Origin: Candidatus Latescibacterota bacterium
GTDB taxonomy: Bacteria; Latescibacterota; UBA2968; UBA8231
Assembly: GCA_965221775.1 (NCBI GenBank)
Contig: CBDCSU010000005.1
Coordinates: forward strand, 416,001-480,000
Direction: 5' to 3'
Length of the DNA stretch: 64,000 nucleotides
Shown here: positions 39,976 through 49,538 of the stretch, in pieces
How the letters are laid out: each line of letters opens with the position of its first letter
Position numbering within the stretch: position 1 is the first letter of the stretch
Notes under the pieces: model-generated
The model's input: the letters and a program-made list of their open reading frames with translations, nothing else
Databases searched by the model: none
Told to the model about the DNA's origin: nothing
Position numbers and translations under genes: made by a program

Positions 39976-41216
39976 CGGCGGTGGCGTCAGCCGGAGCCCA
40001 TCCCCCGGACCCGGGCGCGAGAGCTGACGCGGCGCCGGACCGGGAGGTGGTCCTCACCCTGGACCACGGCGTGCTTCTCATGCACGACCCCCGGGCCGCC
40101 GAGGCCGCCTACATCGACGAGATCTTCGAGAAGGCCCGCCGCCGCGGCATCGGGACGATCCTCTGGCGGACCCTGGCCGGGGCCCGGGGCCTCTACCGCA
40201 GCCGCTCCGTGCCGAGCATGGCGGACCAGTCCGAGGCGTGGGAGCAGCTGCTGGCGCGCATCGATCCCCTCGAGGCCGCCGTCGACAGCGCCCGGCGCCA
40301 CGGCCTCCGCCTCTTCGCCTGGGCGACCCTGCAGGACTTCCACATCGTCCGCGACTGGGGCGTGCGCAACACCTCCCCCTTCTTCGACGAGCGCCCCCAC
40401 CTCTACTGGTCCGGCGCCGACAGCACGAGCCGCCACCCCGGCATCCCCTGCTACGCCTACGAGGAGGCCCGCCGCTACTACCTGGACCACCTCGCGGAGG
40501 TGCGGGAGTACGGCGTGGACGGCCTCTTCGTCTGCTTCCGCAGCCACGCCGGCGAGCCGGCCGAGGACGACGCCTTCGGCTACAACGAGCCGTGGCTGGA
40601 GCAGCTGCGCGAGGAGACCGGGGTCGACGCCCGGCCCGGGCGCATCCGCGAGCTCCCCTGGCTGGCGTGGCGCCTGCAGAGGATCCGCGGCGACTCGTAC
40701 ACGGTGCTGCTGAGGGAGGTCCGCCAGGCGGCCGGGGACCTGCCCGTCTGGGTGAGCACCTCGGAGGAGCCGGACATCCTCATCGCCGGCCACTCGGAGA
40801 GGGAGAACCCCGGCCGCGCCCTTCACAGGGCCCGCATCGATCTGAGCCGCTGGTGCCGGGAGGACCTGGTGGACGCGGTGGTGGTGGTCACCAGCCGCCT
40901 CAACCCCTGCGACCCGTCGGTGGCCGAGATCTGGCGCGACACGACGGCGCGCTTCGGCAAGAAGCTCTACACCTGGCTGAACATGATCTGCCACTTCCAC
41001 GACCGGGAGGGCCAGCTCGCCAAGCGGACCCCGACGCCGGAGGAGTTGCGCGGCATCGTGCTGGCTGGGCGGCGCTGCCGCATCGACGGCCTGGTCCTGC
41101 ACGAGACGGCGGACCTGGAGACCTCCTACCGGAGGGAGGTCGTCGACGGCGAGAGGCAGGTGGTCAACGAGCCCCATGCGGACCGCGAGGCCCAGTGGGA
41201 CGCCCTCGCCCCTTGA
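39972..41216 (+). CDS. Glycosyl hydrolase-like (GHL10-type) TIM-barrel protein
   Basis: GIGTILWR, DPLEAAVDSARRHGLRLFAW, YAYEEAR, EYGVDG, FGYNEP. GTGA overlap with the upstream gene. Confidence 0.65.
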   Translation: MTAVASAGAHPPDPGARADAAPDREVVLTLDHGVLLMHDPRAAEAAYIDEIFEKARRRGIGTILWRTLAGARGLYRSRSVPSMADQSEAWEQLLARIDPLEAAVDSARRHGLRLFAWATLQDFHIVRDWGVRNTSPFFDERPHLYWSGADSTSRHPGIPCYAYEEARRYYLDHLAEVREYGVDGLFVCFRSHAGEPAEDDAFGYNEPWLEQLREETGVDARPGRIRELPWLAWRLQRIRGDSYTVLLREVRQAAGDLPVWVSTSEEPDILIAGHSERENPGRALHRARIDLSRWCREDLVDAVVVVTSRLNPCDPSVAEIWRDTTARFGKKLYTWLNMICHFHDREGQLAKRTPTPEELRGIVLAGRRCRIDGLVLHETADLETSYRREVVDGERQVVNEPHADREAQWDALAP

Positions 41217-41263
41217 GATCGCCATCGTCGCCGGGGCCGCGCCGCTCCCGGTGCGGCCGGCGC

Positions 41264-44200
41264 ATGCAATGGGCGGCCCAAGCAGCAGTCTTGGGCCTGG
41301 TCGGCGCTCTCGCCTTTGGCGCCTGTGGCCGCGATTCTCCGCTGGGGGGCGCCGGGGGGGTCGCCATCCCAGATGCCAACCTGCGCGCGGCCATTGCAGG
41401 CGCCCTCGGCAAGTCGGGAGAGGCGCCGATCACCGTCGACGAGATGGCGTCCCTGACGCGCCTTGGCGCATCAAGCTCAGCCATTCGCGATCTGACCGGA
41501 CTGGAATTCGCAACCAGCCTGACGCGGCTGTCTCTTGGCGACAACTCCATTTCGGACTTGACGCCTCTCGCCGGACTGACCAACCTGACCGATCTGTGGC
41601 TTTGGGACAATGATCTCTCGGATTTGGCGCCGCTGGCCAGGTTGACAAACCTGACGCGGCTGATCCTCTCCAGCACCGGTGTCTCGGAATTGGCGCCTAT
41701 CGCCGGCCTGACAAACCTGACGGAACTGTCTCTCGGCAATAGCGCCCTTGCGGATCTGACCCCCCTCGCCGGACTGACCAGCCTCACACGGCTGTCCCTC
41801 GGCGCAAACTCCATTGCGGACCTCACGCCCCTCGCCGGGCTCACCAGCCTGACAGGGCTGTCCCTCGGCGCAAACTCCATTGCGGACCTCACGCCCCTCG
41901 CCGGGCTCACCAGCCTCACATGGCTGTCCCTTGGCGCAAACTCCATTGCGGACCTCACCCCCCTCGCCGGACTGACCAGCCTGACAGGGCTGTCCCTGCC
42001 TGACAACAGCGTCTCGGACCTGACACCCCTTGCCGGGCTGATCGAACTGAGGAGGCTGGAACTTGGCGACAACTCCATCGTGGATCTGACACCCCTCGAC
42101 GCGCTGACCGAACTGACCGAACTGCGCCTCGAGAACAACAGTATCTCGGACCTCACCGGTCTCGACGGGCTGACCAACCTGGCAAGGCTGTATCTCAACG
42201 TGAACTCCATTGCCGATATCGCCCCCCTCGCGGGGCTGACCAACCTGGCGACGCTCTGGCTTGGCGACAATGAAATCTCCGACTTGACGCCTCTGGCGGG
42301 ACTGACAAACCTGACCGAGCTGCGGCTCGAGAACAACAGCATCTCGGATCTCGCGCCGTTGGTGGAAAATACGGGACTGGGCTTGGGAAACTGGATCGAT
42401 GTGCGGGGCAACCCGCTGAGCGACAGATCGATCAACACTCACATTCCGGCCCTTCAAGCCAGAGGGGTGATCAGCGATGGCGATGGAGGGGAGACGCCCC
42501 TTTCCATGCCCGACGCTGCACTGCACGCGGCCATCGCCAACGAGATTGGCAAGGCGAGCAACGAGCCGATCACCGCCCGTGAGATGACGGCTTTGGATCA
42601 CCTTTTCGCGCTCGAGTCGGATATTCACGAGTTGACGGGGCTCGAGTACGCGATCAACCTGACAACACTGCAGCTCTATGGCAACCGCGTCTCGGACCTG
42701 ACGCCCCTCGCCGGGCTTACCAACCTGGAAGAGCTCTATCTTCGCCGCAACTCCATTGAGGATCTGACACCGCTCGCCGGGCTGACCAACCTGACGGAGC
42801 TCTACCTTTACCACAACAAGGTCTCGAATCTGACACCGCTCGCCGGATTGACCAGCCTGACCGAACTGGACCTCGACTACACCGGCGTCCGGGATCTGAC
42901 GCCCCTCGCCGGCCTGATCAACCTCAAAGAGCTCCATCTTCGCACCAACTCCATTGCGGACCTGTCCCCTCTCGCCGGACTGGTCCAACTGACGACGCTC
43001 TATCTCTCATACAACAACGTCTCGGATCTGACACCGCTTTCTGGATTGACCAACCTGACGGAACTGGAGCTTGACTTCAACGGCCTCTCCGACCTGACAC
43101 CCATCGCTGGATCGACCAGCCTGACCGAACTGGACCTTGAAGGCAACGCAGTCTCCGACATCCGGCCCCTCGTCGGCCTGACCAACCTCATCACCCTGAA
43201 GCTCGGCGGCAACTCTATCTCCGAGGTGCCCGCCGGGTTGTTCGCAGGCTTCGCTGACCTCGAAAGGCTTGATCTGGCCAGCAACCCGGGGGCCCCCTTC
43301 GCCTTCACCCTCGAACTCGAGCGCACGGACACGGCCAACCGGCTGGCTCCAGCCCCCGCCGGTGTGGCGGTGCAACTGGCGGAGGGAGCACCGTTCGAGA
43401 TGACCGTAGCCCTGTCGGTACACAACGGCTCGGCCTCGGTTGCCTCGCTAACGATCGGCGCCGGCGACACCACAAGCACCCCAACCCAAGTCACGGCGCC
43501 CGGCGGCTCGTCAACCGCGACTCATGTTGTCCTGGACCATGGGCCTCTGATTCCCAGCGGGTTCACGGGCGTTGAGGTTTTCACCGGCAGCCCGCTGGTT
43601 CTCTTCGCCGAATCCGACGACCACTTTCCGGTGGCCGAAGCAGAGATTCCACCTCACGTCCTGCAAGTGGGTGGCCCGAAGCCGGCACTGGACGTGAGAG
43701 CGTACTTCTCGGACGCCGACGGCGACGAACTGGTGTACTCGGCGACGTCGAGGGACGACCACCTGGTCGGCACCCGAGTGAAGGGGGGCATGGTAACCTT
43801 GACCCCCCGTGCGGAAGGCCATGCTTTGGTTGCCGTTTCCGCGACCGATCTCAATGGATGGCGCGCATCCCAGGAGTTTCCCGTAACGGTGCTGTCGGCT
43901 CCCGATCCTCATTCCTTCGACATCGACCTCGTATTCGTCGGGCCCACTACGGAGGACTTCCGTTCAGCGGCCCTCCAGATGGCAGAGCGCTGGACCGAAG
44001 TCATCACGGACGACCTGCGGGATGTCCCCGTACCCGACAACACCGTCGATTGCCCGTGGGAACATCGTTTCCATGGGACCGTGGATGATCTTGTGGTCTT
44101 CGTGGAAGTCGAGTCCCTCACTCGTGCTGCGGGGATCGCGGATCTGTGCCGGACGCGCGACAGGTATTCCCCATACAAGGCAAGGAGGTACCCGGGGCAC

Positions 44201-44725
44201 CTGGGTTCCTCCCTGCCCCTTATGGGGTACATTGCACTGGACACGGATGTGGTGGCCCGGGGCACAGAGGCCTGGGGCAGGGAGCGATTGGAGCAGGTGA
44301 TCCTTCACGAGATAGGACATGTCCTGGGAATCGGGACCTCATGGCATGATTTCGGCTTTGTGCAGGACAGCGGCGGCTCCGACCCCCACTTCAACGGCCC
44401 GCTGGCCATAGAGGCCTTCGACGCGGCCGGAGGCACGAACTACACGTCAGGGGCAAAGGTGCCCGTCACCTCCCGCGGAAGCCATTGGAGATTCTGGGGC
44501 GAACTCATGTCCCCAAGTGGCAGCCCCGCTCTCAGCGCCATCACGGTTCAGTCCCTGGCCGATCTCGGCTATGTCGTCGATGTCAGCCGCGCCGACCCGT
44601 TCCAACTGCCGGGCTCGGCCAAGGCGATTGCGGGACCGGGCCTCGATCTCCACGACGACATCCTCCAGGGGCCGATAGAGGTGGTCGACGAGGCTGGGCA
44701 CGTCGTCCGCGTGATCCACCGATGA
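41264..44725 (+). CDS. Internalin-like leucine-rich repeat lipoprotein with Ig-like linkers and a C-terminal leishmanolysin (M8)-like zinc metallopeptidase
   Basis: Lipobox-like LAFGAC; two capped blocks of 22-aa LRRs; YFSDADGDEL Ig/cadherin-like motif; HEIGHVLGIG...SHW...ELM metzincin motifs. Confidence 0.88.
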   Translation: MQWAAQAAVLGLVGALAFGACGRDSPLGGAGGVAIPDANLRAAIAGALGKSGEAPITVDEMASLTRLGASSSAIRDLTGLEFATSLTRLSLGDNSISDLTPLAGLTNLTDLWLWDNDLSDLAPLARLTNLTRLILSSTGVSELAPIAGLTNLTELSLGNSALADLTPLAGLTSLTRLSLGANSIADLTPLAGLTSLTGLSLGANSIADLTPLAGLTSLTWLSLGANSIADLTPLAGLTSLTGLSLPDNSVSDLTPLAGLIELRRLELGDNSIVDLTPLDALTELTELRLENNSISDLTGLDGLTNLARLYLNVNSIADIAPLAGLTNLATLWLGDNEISDLTPLAGLTNLTELRLENNSISDLAPLVENTGLGLGNWIDVRGNPLSDRSINTHIPALQARGVISDGDGGETPLSMPDAALHAAIANEIGKASNEPITAREMTALDHLFALESDIHELTGLEYAINLTTLQLYGNRVSDLTPLAGLTNLEELYLRRNSIEDLTPLAGLTNLTELYLYHNKVSNLTPLAGLTSLTELDLDYTGVRDLTPLAGLINLKELHLRTNSIADLSPLAGLVQLTTLYLSYNNVSDLTPLSGLTNLTELELDFNGLSDLTPIAGSTSLTELDLEGNAVSDIRPLVGLTNLITLKLGGNSISEVPAGLFAGFADLERLDLASNPGAPFAFTLELERTDTANRLAPAPAGVAVQLAEGAPFEMTVALSVHNGSASVASLTIGAGDTTSTPTQVTAPGGSSTATHVVLDHGPLIPSGFTGVEVFTGSPLVLFAESDDHFPVAEAEIPPHVLQVGGPKPALDVRAYFSDADGDELVYSATSRDDHLVGTRVKGGMVTLTPRAEGHALVAVSATDLNGWRASQEFPVTVLSAPDPHSFDIDLVFVGPTTEDFRSAALQMAERWTEVITDDLRDVPVPDNTVDCPWEHRFHGTVDDLVVFVEVESLTRAAGIADLCRTRDRYSPYKARRYPGHLGSSLPLMGYIALDTDVVARGTEAWGRERLEQVILHEIGHVLGIGTSWHDFGFVQDSGGSDPHFNGPLAIEAFDAAGGTNYTSGAKVPVTSRGSHWRFWGELMSPSGSPALSAITVQSLADLGYVVDVSRADPFQLPGSAKAIAGPGLDLHDDILQGPIEVVDEAGHVVRVIHR
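41444..43290 (+). repeat. 66-bp coding tandem repeats (about 25 LRR units in two blocks)
   Basis: Consensus LTNLTxLxLxxNxIxDLTPLAG. Units at about 41750-42040 are nearly identical at DNA level. Confidence 0.92.
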
Positions 44726-44743
44726 GAGCAGGAGGAGCCTGAA

Positions 44744-45547
44744 ATGGACCAACGCCTGCAGGACAAGGTGGCCATCGTCACCGGCGCCGGATCCGTGGGG
44801 CCCGGGTGGGGCAACGGCAAGGCCACGGCGGTGCTCTTCGCCCGCCACGGGGCCCGCGTCCTGGCCGCCGACATCAACCTGGCCGCCGCCGAGGAGACGC
44901 GGTCCATCATCGAGGGCGAGGGCGGCCGCTGCACGGCCCACGAGGCCGACGTCAGCCGCAACGGCGACGTGGAGGCCATGGTCGAGCGCTGCCTCGCCGA
45001 GTACGGCCGCGTCGACATCCTCCACAACAACGTGGGCATCCTCGAGGTCGGCGGCTGCGTCGAGGCGACCGAGGAGAGCTGGGACCGCGTCAACGAGGTC
45101 AACCTCAAGAGCGTCTTCCTCACCTGCAAGCACGTGCTGCCCCACATGGAGCGCCAGGGGGGCGGCGCCATCGTCAACATCTCCTCGGTGGCCGGCATCC
45201 GCTGGCTGGGCGTGCCCTACGTCTCCTACAGCGCCACCAAGGGCGCCGTGAACCAGCTCACCCGCAGCATCGCCATGCAGTACGCGAAGAAGAACATCCG
45301 CGCCAACGCCATCCTGCCCGGCTTCATGGAGACGCCCATGGTGGTCCACTCCCTCTCCCAGACCTACTCCGGGGGCGACGTGGAGAAGATGGTGGAGATC
45401 CGCAACCAGCTCTGCCCCACCGGCAAGATGGGCGACGCCTGGGACGTGGCCCACGCCGCCCTCTACCTCGCCTCCGACGAGGCCCGCTACGTCACCGGCG
45501 CCGAGCTGGTCGTCGACGGCGGCCTGACCTGCTCCATCGGGGCCTGA
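44744..45547 (+). CDS. Short-chain dehydrogenase/reductase (SDR)
   Basis: VTGAGS.GPGWGNG, NNVG, NISS, YSATK, VDGG. Confidence 0.95.
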   Translation: MDQRLQDKVAIVTGAGSVGPGWGNGKATAVLFARHGARVLAADINLAAAEETRSIIEGEGGRCTAHEADVSRNGDVEAMVERCLAEYGRVDILHNNVGILEVGGCVEATEESWDRVNEVNLKSVFLTCKHVLPHMERQGGGAIVNISSVAGIRWLGVPYVSYSATKGAVNQLTRSIAMQYAKKNIRANAILPGFMETPMVVHSLSQTYSGGDVEKMVEIRNQLCPTGKMGDAWDVAHAALYLASDEARYVTGAELVVDGGLTCSIGA

Positions 45548-45549
45548 GC

Positions 45550-47115
45550 GTGAACATCGGAGATCTGCTGACCAAGGCGGCGCGGACCTTGCCCGGCAAC
45601 CCGGCCGTGGTCTACGGGGAGCGGCGCCTCGACTACGCGGAGTTCGACGGGCGGGTCAACCGGCTGGCCGCGGCCCTGTACCGCCTCGGCCTGGAGCCCG
45701 GCGGCACGGCGGCGGTGCTCATGCACAACCGCCCGGAGATGCTGGAGTCGATCTTCGCCTGCTTCAAGGCCGGGTGCGCCGCCGTCCCCCTCAACTTCCG
45801 CCTGCACCCGCGGGAGCTGGCCTACATCATCGACCACTCCCAGGCCCGGGTGGTGCTGGCCAGCGATGCCTTCGCAGATACCTTGTCCGACATGCGGACC
45901 GAGTTGCCCCACCTGCGCCATCTCGTCGTCGCCGGCGATGTCCCCTCCGGCGCCCTCGACTACGAGGAGCTGCTCTCCGCCGAATCCGACCGCTTCGAGA
46001 CCGCCGCGGCGGAACCCGACGACACGGCCTGGCTGTTCTACACCTCGGGCACCACGGGCCTGCCCAAGGGGGCGATGCTCACTCACCGCAACCTGCTGGC
46101 CATGACCATGGGGTTCTACGCCGACATGTGCCCCGGCTTCGGCACCGCCGAGGTGGTCCTCCACGCCGCTCCCCTCTCCCACGGCAGCGGCCTCTACGCC
46201 CTGCCGAACGTGGGCAAGGCGGCGGCCCACGTGATCCCGCCGTCGCCCTCCTTCGACCCGGAGGAAGCCCTGCGGGACATCGAGCGCCACCGGGTGACCA
46301 ACCTCTTCGCGGCGCCGACCATGGTGAAGCGGATGGTCGACAGCCCCGCCATCGACCGCCGCGACCACGCGTCCCTCAAGGCCGTCGTCTACGGCGGCGC
46401 CCCCATGTTGGCCGAGGACCTGCGCAAGGCGATGGAGAAGCTGGGGCCGTGCCTGGTGCAGCTCTACGGCCAGGCCGAGTCGCCCATGACGATCTCCCAC
46501 CTGCCCCACGGCGACCACGTTCTCGACGGCAGCCCCGACCAGGCGCGGCGCCTGTCCTCGGCCGGCATCGCCCGCACCGACGTGGAGGTGCGCATCGTCG
46601 ACGCCGGGGACCGCCCCCTGCCGCCGGGCGAGACCGGCGAGATCGTCACCCGCTCGGACCTGGTCATGAAGGGCTACTGGCGCGACGAGGAGGCCACCGC
46701 CGCCGCCCTGCGCGGGGGCTGGCTGCACACCGGCGACCTGGGCTACCTTGACGAGGCGGGCTACCTCTTCCTCATGGACCGCTCCAAGGACTTGATCATC
46801 AGCGGCGGCGAGAACATCTATCCGCGCGAGATCGAGGAGGTGCTGGTGCAGCACCCCGCCGTGGGCGAGGTCGCCGTCATCGGCGTCCCCGACGAGGAGT
46901 GGGGCGAGGCGGTGAAGGCCGTCGTCGTCCTGGCCCCCGGCCGCGGCGCCACCGCCGGGGAGCTGATCGATTTCTGCCGGGGCCACCTGGCCAGCTACAA
47001 GAAGCCCCGGTCGGTCGACTTCGTCGACGAGATCCCCAAGAACAACTACGGCAAGATCGTCAAGAACGAGCTGCGCGAGCCCTACTGGCGGGGCCGGGAG
47101 CGGCGGGTCGTCTAA
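45550..47115 (+). CDS. AMP-dependent acyl-CoA synthetase
   Basis: [47 protein letters not shown] start. Confidence 0.95.
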   Translation: MNIGDLLTKAARTLPGNPAVVYGERRLDYAEFDGRVNRLAAALYRLGLEPGGTAAVLMHNRPEMLESIFACFKAGCAAVPLNFRLHPRELAYIIDHSQARVVLASDAFADTLSDMRTELPHLRHLVVAGDVPSGALDYEELLSAESDRFETAAAEPDDTAWLFYTSGTTGLPKGAMLTHRNLLAMTMGFYADMCPGFGTAEVVLHAAPLSHGSGLYALPNVGKAAAHVIPPSPSFDPEEALRDIERHRVTNLFAAPTMVKRMVDSPAIDRRDHASLKAVVYGGAPMLAEDLRKAMEKLGPCLVQLYGQAESPMTISHLPHGDHVLDGSPDQARRLSSAGIARTDVEVRIVDAGDRPLPPGETGEIVTRSDLVMKGYWRDEEATAAALRGGWLHTGDLGYLDEAGYLFLMDRSKDLIISGGENIYPREIEEVLVQHPAVGEVAVIGVPDEEWGEAVKAVVVLAPGRGATAGELIDFCRGHLASYKKPRSVDFVDEIPKNNYGKIVKNELREPYWRGRERRVV

Positions 47116-47134
47116 CCAGACGGGAGCAGCGAGA

Positions 47135-48400
47135 ATGTCGAAGAAACGCAGACTCGGCCGCGGCGTGGCCATGGTGGGAGCCGGCATGTCCCGCTTCGGC
47201 ATCTTCCCCGAACGCGACTCCAAGGACCTCTTCACCGAGGCCTTCCAGTCGATGCTCGCCTCCGTCGACAAGGGCGTCGACCCGGGCGACATCGACGCCC
47301 TCTACCTCGGCAACTTCACCAACGACTTCTTCGCCGGCCAGTCCCACTGGGGTCCCATCCTCACCGACGCCCTCGGCATGATCCCCAAGCCGGCGACGCG
47401 CACCGAGGGCGCCTGCGCCTCCAGCGCCATCGCCTTCCGCGAGGGCGTCTTCGCCATCGCCTCCGGGTTCTACGACATGGTCCTGGTGGGCGGCGTGGAG
47501 GAGATGTCCAAGCGCTCCACCGCCGACGTGGCCGAGGGCCTGGCCCTGGCCGCCATCCCTTACGAGCGCCAGTCGGGCTTCACCTTCCCCGGCGTCTTCG
47601 GCGCCATCGCCACCGCCTACTTCGACCGCTACGGCGCCGGCCGCCGGCACCTGATGGACGTGACCATCAAGAGCCACGACAACGCGCCCTTGAACCCCAG
47701 GGCCCAGTACCGGTCCTCCGTCCGGACGATCATGGAGGGCAAGGCCGAGCGCGCCCGCAGCCGGGGCGAGGACGTGCCGGAATGGGAGGACGAGAAGGAC
47801 TTCCTCTCCGACCCGAAGGCCAACCCCGTGGTGGCCTGGCCCATGCACCTCTTCGACTGCTGCCCCATCAGCGACGGCGCCTGCTGCATCCTGCTGGTGG
47901 GCGAGGAGCTGGCCCGGCAGTTCACCGACGCGCCCCTGCACGTGGCCGGACTGGGGCAGGCCAGCGGCCGCGGACTCCACGCCGCCGAGACCCTGACCAG
48001 CTTCGAGGCCACGCAGCACGCCGCCGCCGAAGCCTACGGCATGGCCGACATGGGGCCGGAGGACATCCAGGTGGCCGAGGTCCACGACTGCTTCTCCGTG
48101 GCCGAGATCCTCCACCTCGAGGACCTGGGCTTCTACGGTCCCGGGGAGGGCTACAAGGCCGTCGCCGACGGAGCCACCCGCCTCGACGGCCCCAAGCCGG
48201 TCAACACCTCCGGCGGCCTCAAGTGCAAGGGCCACCCCGTGGGCGCCACCGGCGTGGCCCAGCTCGTGGAGCTGTGGGAGCAGCTGCGCCACCAGGCCGG
48301 CGACCGCCAGGTGCCGAATGCGGACCTGCGCGTCGGGGCGGCCCAGAACCTCGGCGGCACCGGCGGCACCTGCACGGTGACCATCCTCGAGAGGAGATGA
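47135..48400 (+). CDS. SCP-x/archaeal-type thiolase family protein
   Basis: EGACASS, GGVEEMS, DCCPISDGA, EVHDCF, KGHPVGATG, NLGG. Confidence 0.93.
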   Translation: MSKKRRLGRGVAMVGAGMSRFGIFPERDSKDLFTEAFQSMLASVDKGVDPGDIDALYLGNFTNDFFAGQSHWGPILTDALGMIPKPATRTEGACASSAIAFREGVFAIASGFYDMVLVGGVEEMSKRSTADVAEGLALAAIPYERQSGFTFPGVFGAIATAYFDRYGAGRRHLMDVTIKSHDNAPLNPRAQYRSSVRTIMEGKAERARSRGEDVPEWEDEKDFLSDPKANPVVAWPMHLFDCCPISDGACCILLVGEELARQFTDAPLHVAGLGQASGRGLHAAETLTSFEATQHAAAEAYGMADMGPEDIQVAEVHDCFSVAEILHLEDLGFYGPGEGYKAVADGATRLDGPKPVNTSGGLKCKGHPVGATGVAQLVELWEQLRHQAGDRQVPNADLRVGAAQNLGGTGGTCTVTILERR

Positions 48401-48828
48401 GCCCCGTGGCCTCCCCTCCTCCCCCCATTTCGGACGACTCCTTCGGCCGCTTCCTCCTCGAGGAGAAGCTGATGGGCAGCCGCTGCGCCGGCTGCGGCGC
48501 CCTGCACGTGCCGCCGCGGGCGATCTGCCCGGAGTGCCGCGGCACACGGATGGCCTGGGAGCAGGTGAAGGGCACGGGCACCCTCGCCGCCTTCACCTGC
48601 ATCGCCATGGCCACCCCCGCTCTGCAGGCCGAGGGCTACGGCCGCGACAACCCCTTCTGCACCGGCGTCGTCGCCCTGGACGAGGGCCCGCGGGTGGTGG
48701 CCCGGATCGAGGGGCTGGACACGACGCGGCCGGAGGAGATCCGCCTCGGCACGCCGCTGCGGGTGCGGTTCCTGCGCCGGGGCGAGGGGGAAGAGGAGCG
48801 GGGGGTGCTGGCTTTTTGTGTAGGGTAG
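48397..48828 (+). CDS. DUF35 Zn-ribbon/OB-fold protein (thiolase partner)
   Basis: RCAGCG...PPR.ICPEC, GTLAAFT, LDEGPRV. ATGA overlap with the thiolase. Confidence 0.92.
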   Translation: MSPVASPPPPISDDSFGRFLLEEKLMGSRCAGCGALHVPPRAICPECRGTRMAWEQVKGTGTLAAFTCIAMATPALQAEGYGRDNPFCTGVVALDEGPRVVARIEGLDTTRPEEIRLGTPLRVRFLRRGEGEEERGVLAFCVG

Positions 48829-48892
48829 GAGGACCCGCAAGTTGGGTCTTGTTCCTGCGGGGGCATATCTTGCCGGTCGCCGCCAGACAGAA

Positions 48893-49366
48893 ATGAAACC
48901 GTCGGTCTACATCGAGTCATCCATGGTCGGTTACTTGGCCTCCCGCCCCAGCCGGGACGTAGTCGTGGCGGCTCGACAGGCGATTACTCACGATTGGTGG
49001 ACCAACCACAGACATCGATTCGAGCTTCGGGTTTCGGCGCTCGTCGAGGCGGAGATCTCCCGTGGTGACGAGGAGGCAGCCAGACGGCGTCTGGATTGGA
49101 TCACCGGTATTCCAAGCTTGGCCATCTCCCAGCAGGCAGCCGACCTGGCAAGGCATCTGTTGTCTGAGAAGGCCATTCCGGCCGGCCATGAGGACGACGC
49201 GTTGCACATCGCAATCGCCACTGCTCAGGGTGCTGACTTCATCCTGACATGGAACTTCCGTCACATGAACAATGCGGAGATGAAGTCGATAATAGCGAGA
49301 GTTGTAGAGTCTCACGGATTCACATGTCCGCAGATCTGCTCACCTGAAGAGCTTGGAGGACTCTGA
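48893..49366 (+). CDS. PIN-domain (VapC-like) toxin
   Basis: KPSVYIESS, SALVEAE, DALHIAIAT, LTWNFRHMNN, PQICSPEEL. Confidence 0.9.
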   Translation: MKPSVYIESSMVGYLASRPSRDVVVAARQAITHDWWTNHRHRFELRVSALVEAEISRGDEEAARRRLDWITGIPSLAISQQAADLARHLLSEKAIPAGHEDDALHIAIATAQGADFILTWNFRHMNNAEMKSIIARVVESHGFTCPQICSPEELGGL

Positions 49367-49367
49367 G

Positions 49368-49538
49368 ATGATTGACGATCCAGTGGTCGAGGAGATTCGG
49401 GAACACCGCAAGGCCCACGCTGCCGAGCACGGCAATGACCTTGAACGTATTGTGCAGGACCTCCGCAAGCGCGAACGGGAGTCCGACCGGCCCTTGCTGA
49501 ATCCGGGGCCAAGGCAATTGGACCCGACCAGGAGATGA
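49368..49538 (+). CDS. Small putative antitoxin downstream of the PIN toxin
   Basis: MIDDPVVEEIREHRKAHAAEHGNDLERIVQDL resembles the small partners of this PIN subfamily. GGAGG RBS. Confidence 0.72.
   Translation: MIDDPVVEEIREHRKAHAAEHGNDLERIVQDLRKRERESDRPLLNPGPRQLDPTRR

Noticed and set aside
40238-41263. N-terminal 340 aa of the 1495-aa ORF
   Set aside because: Arg/Pro/Gly-rich off-frame read-through of the GHL10-like gene. The real protein starts at the signal peptide at ATG 41264.
41750-42040. Regular repeats considered as a CRISPR array or a DGR template/variable pair
   Set aside because: They are in-frame 66-bp coding LRR units with no unique spacers, and no cas or reverse transcriptase gene is in the window.
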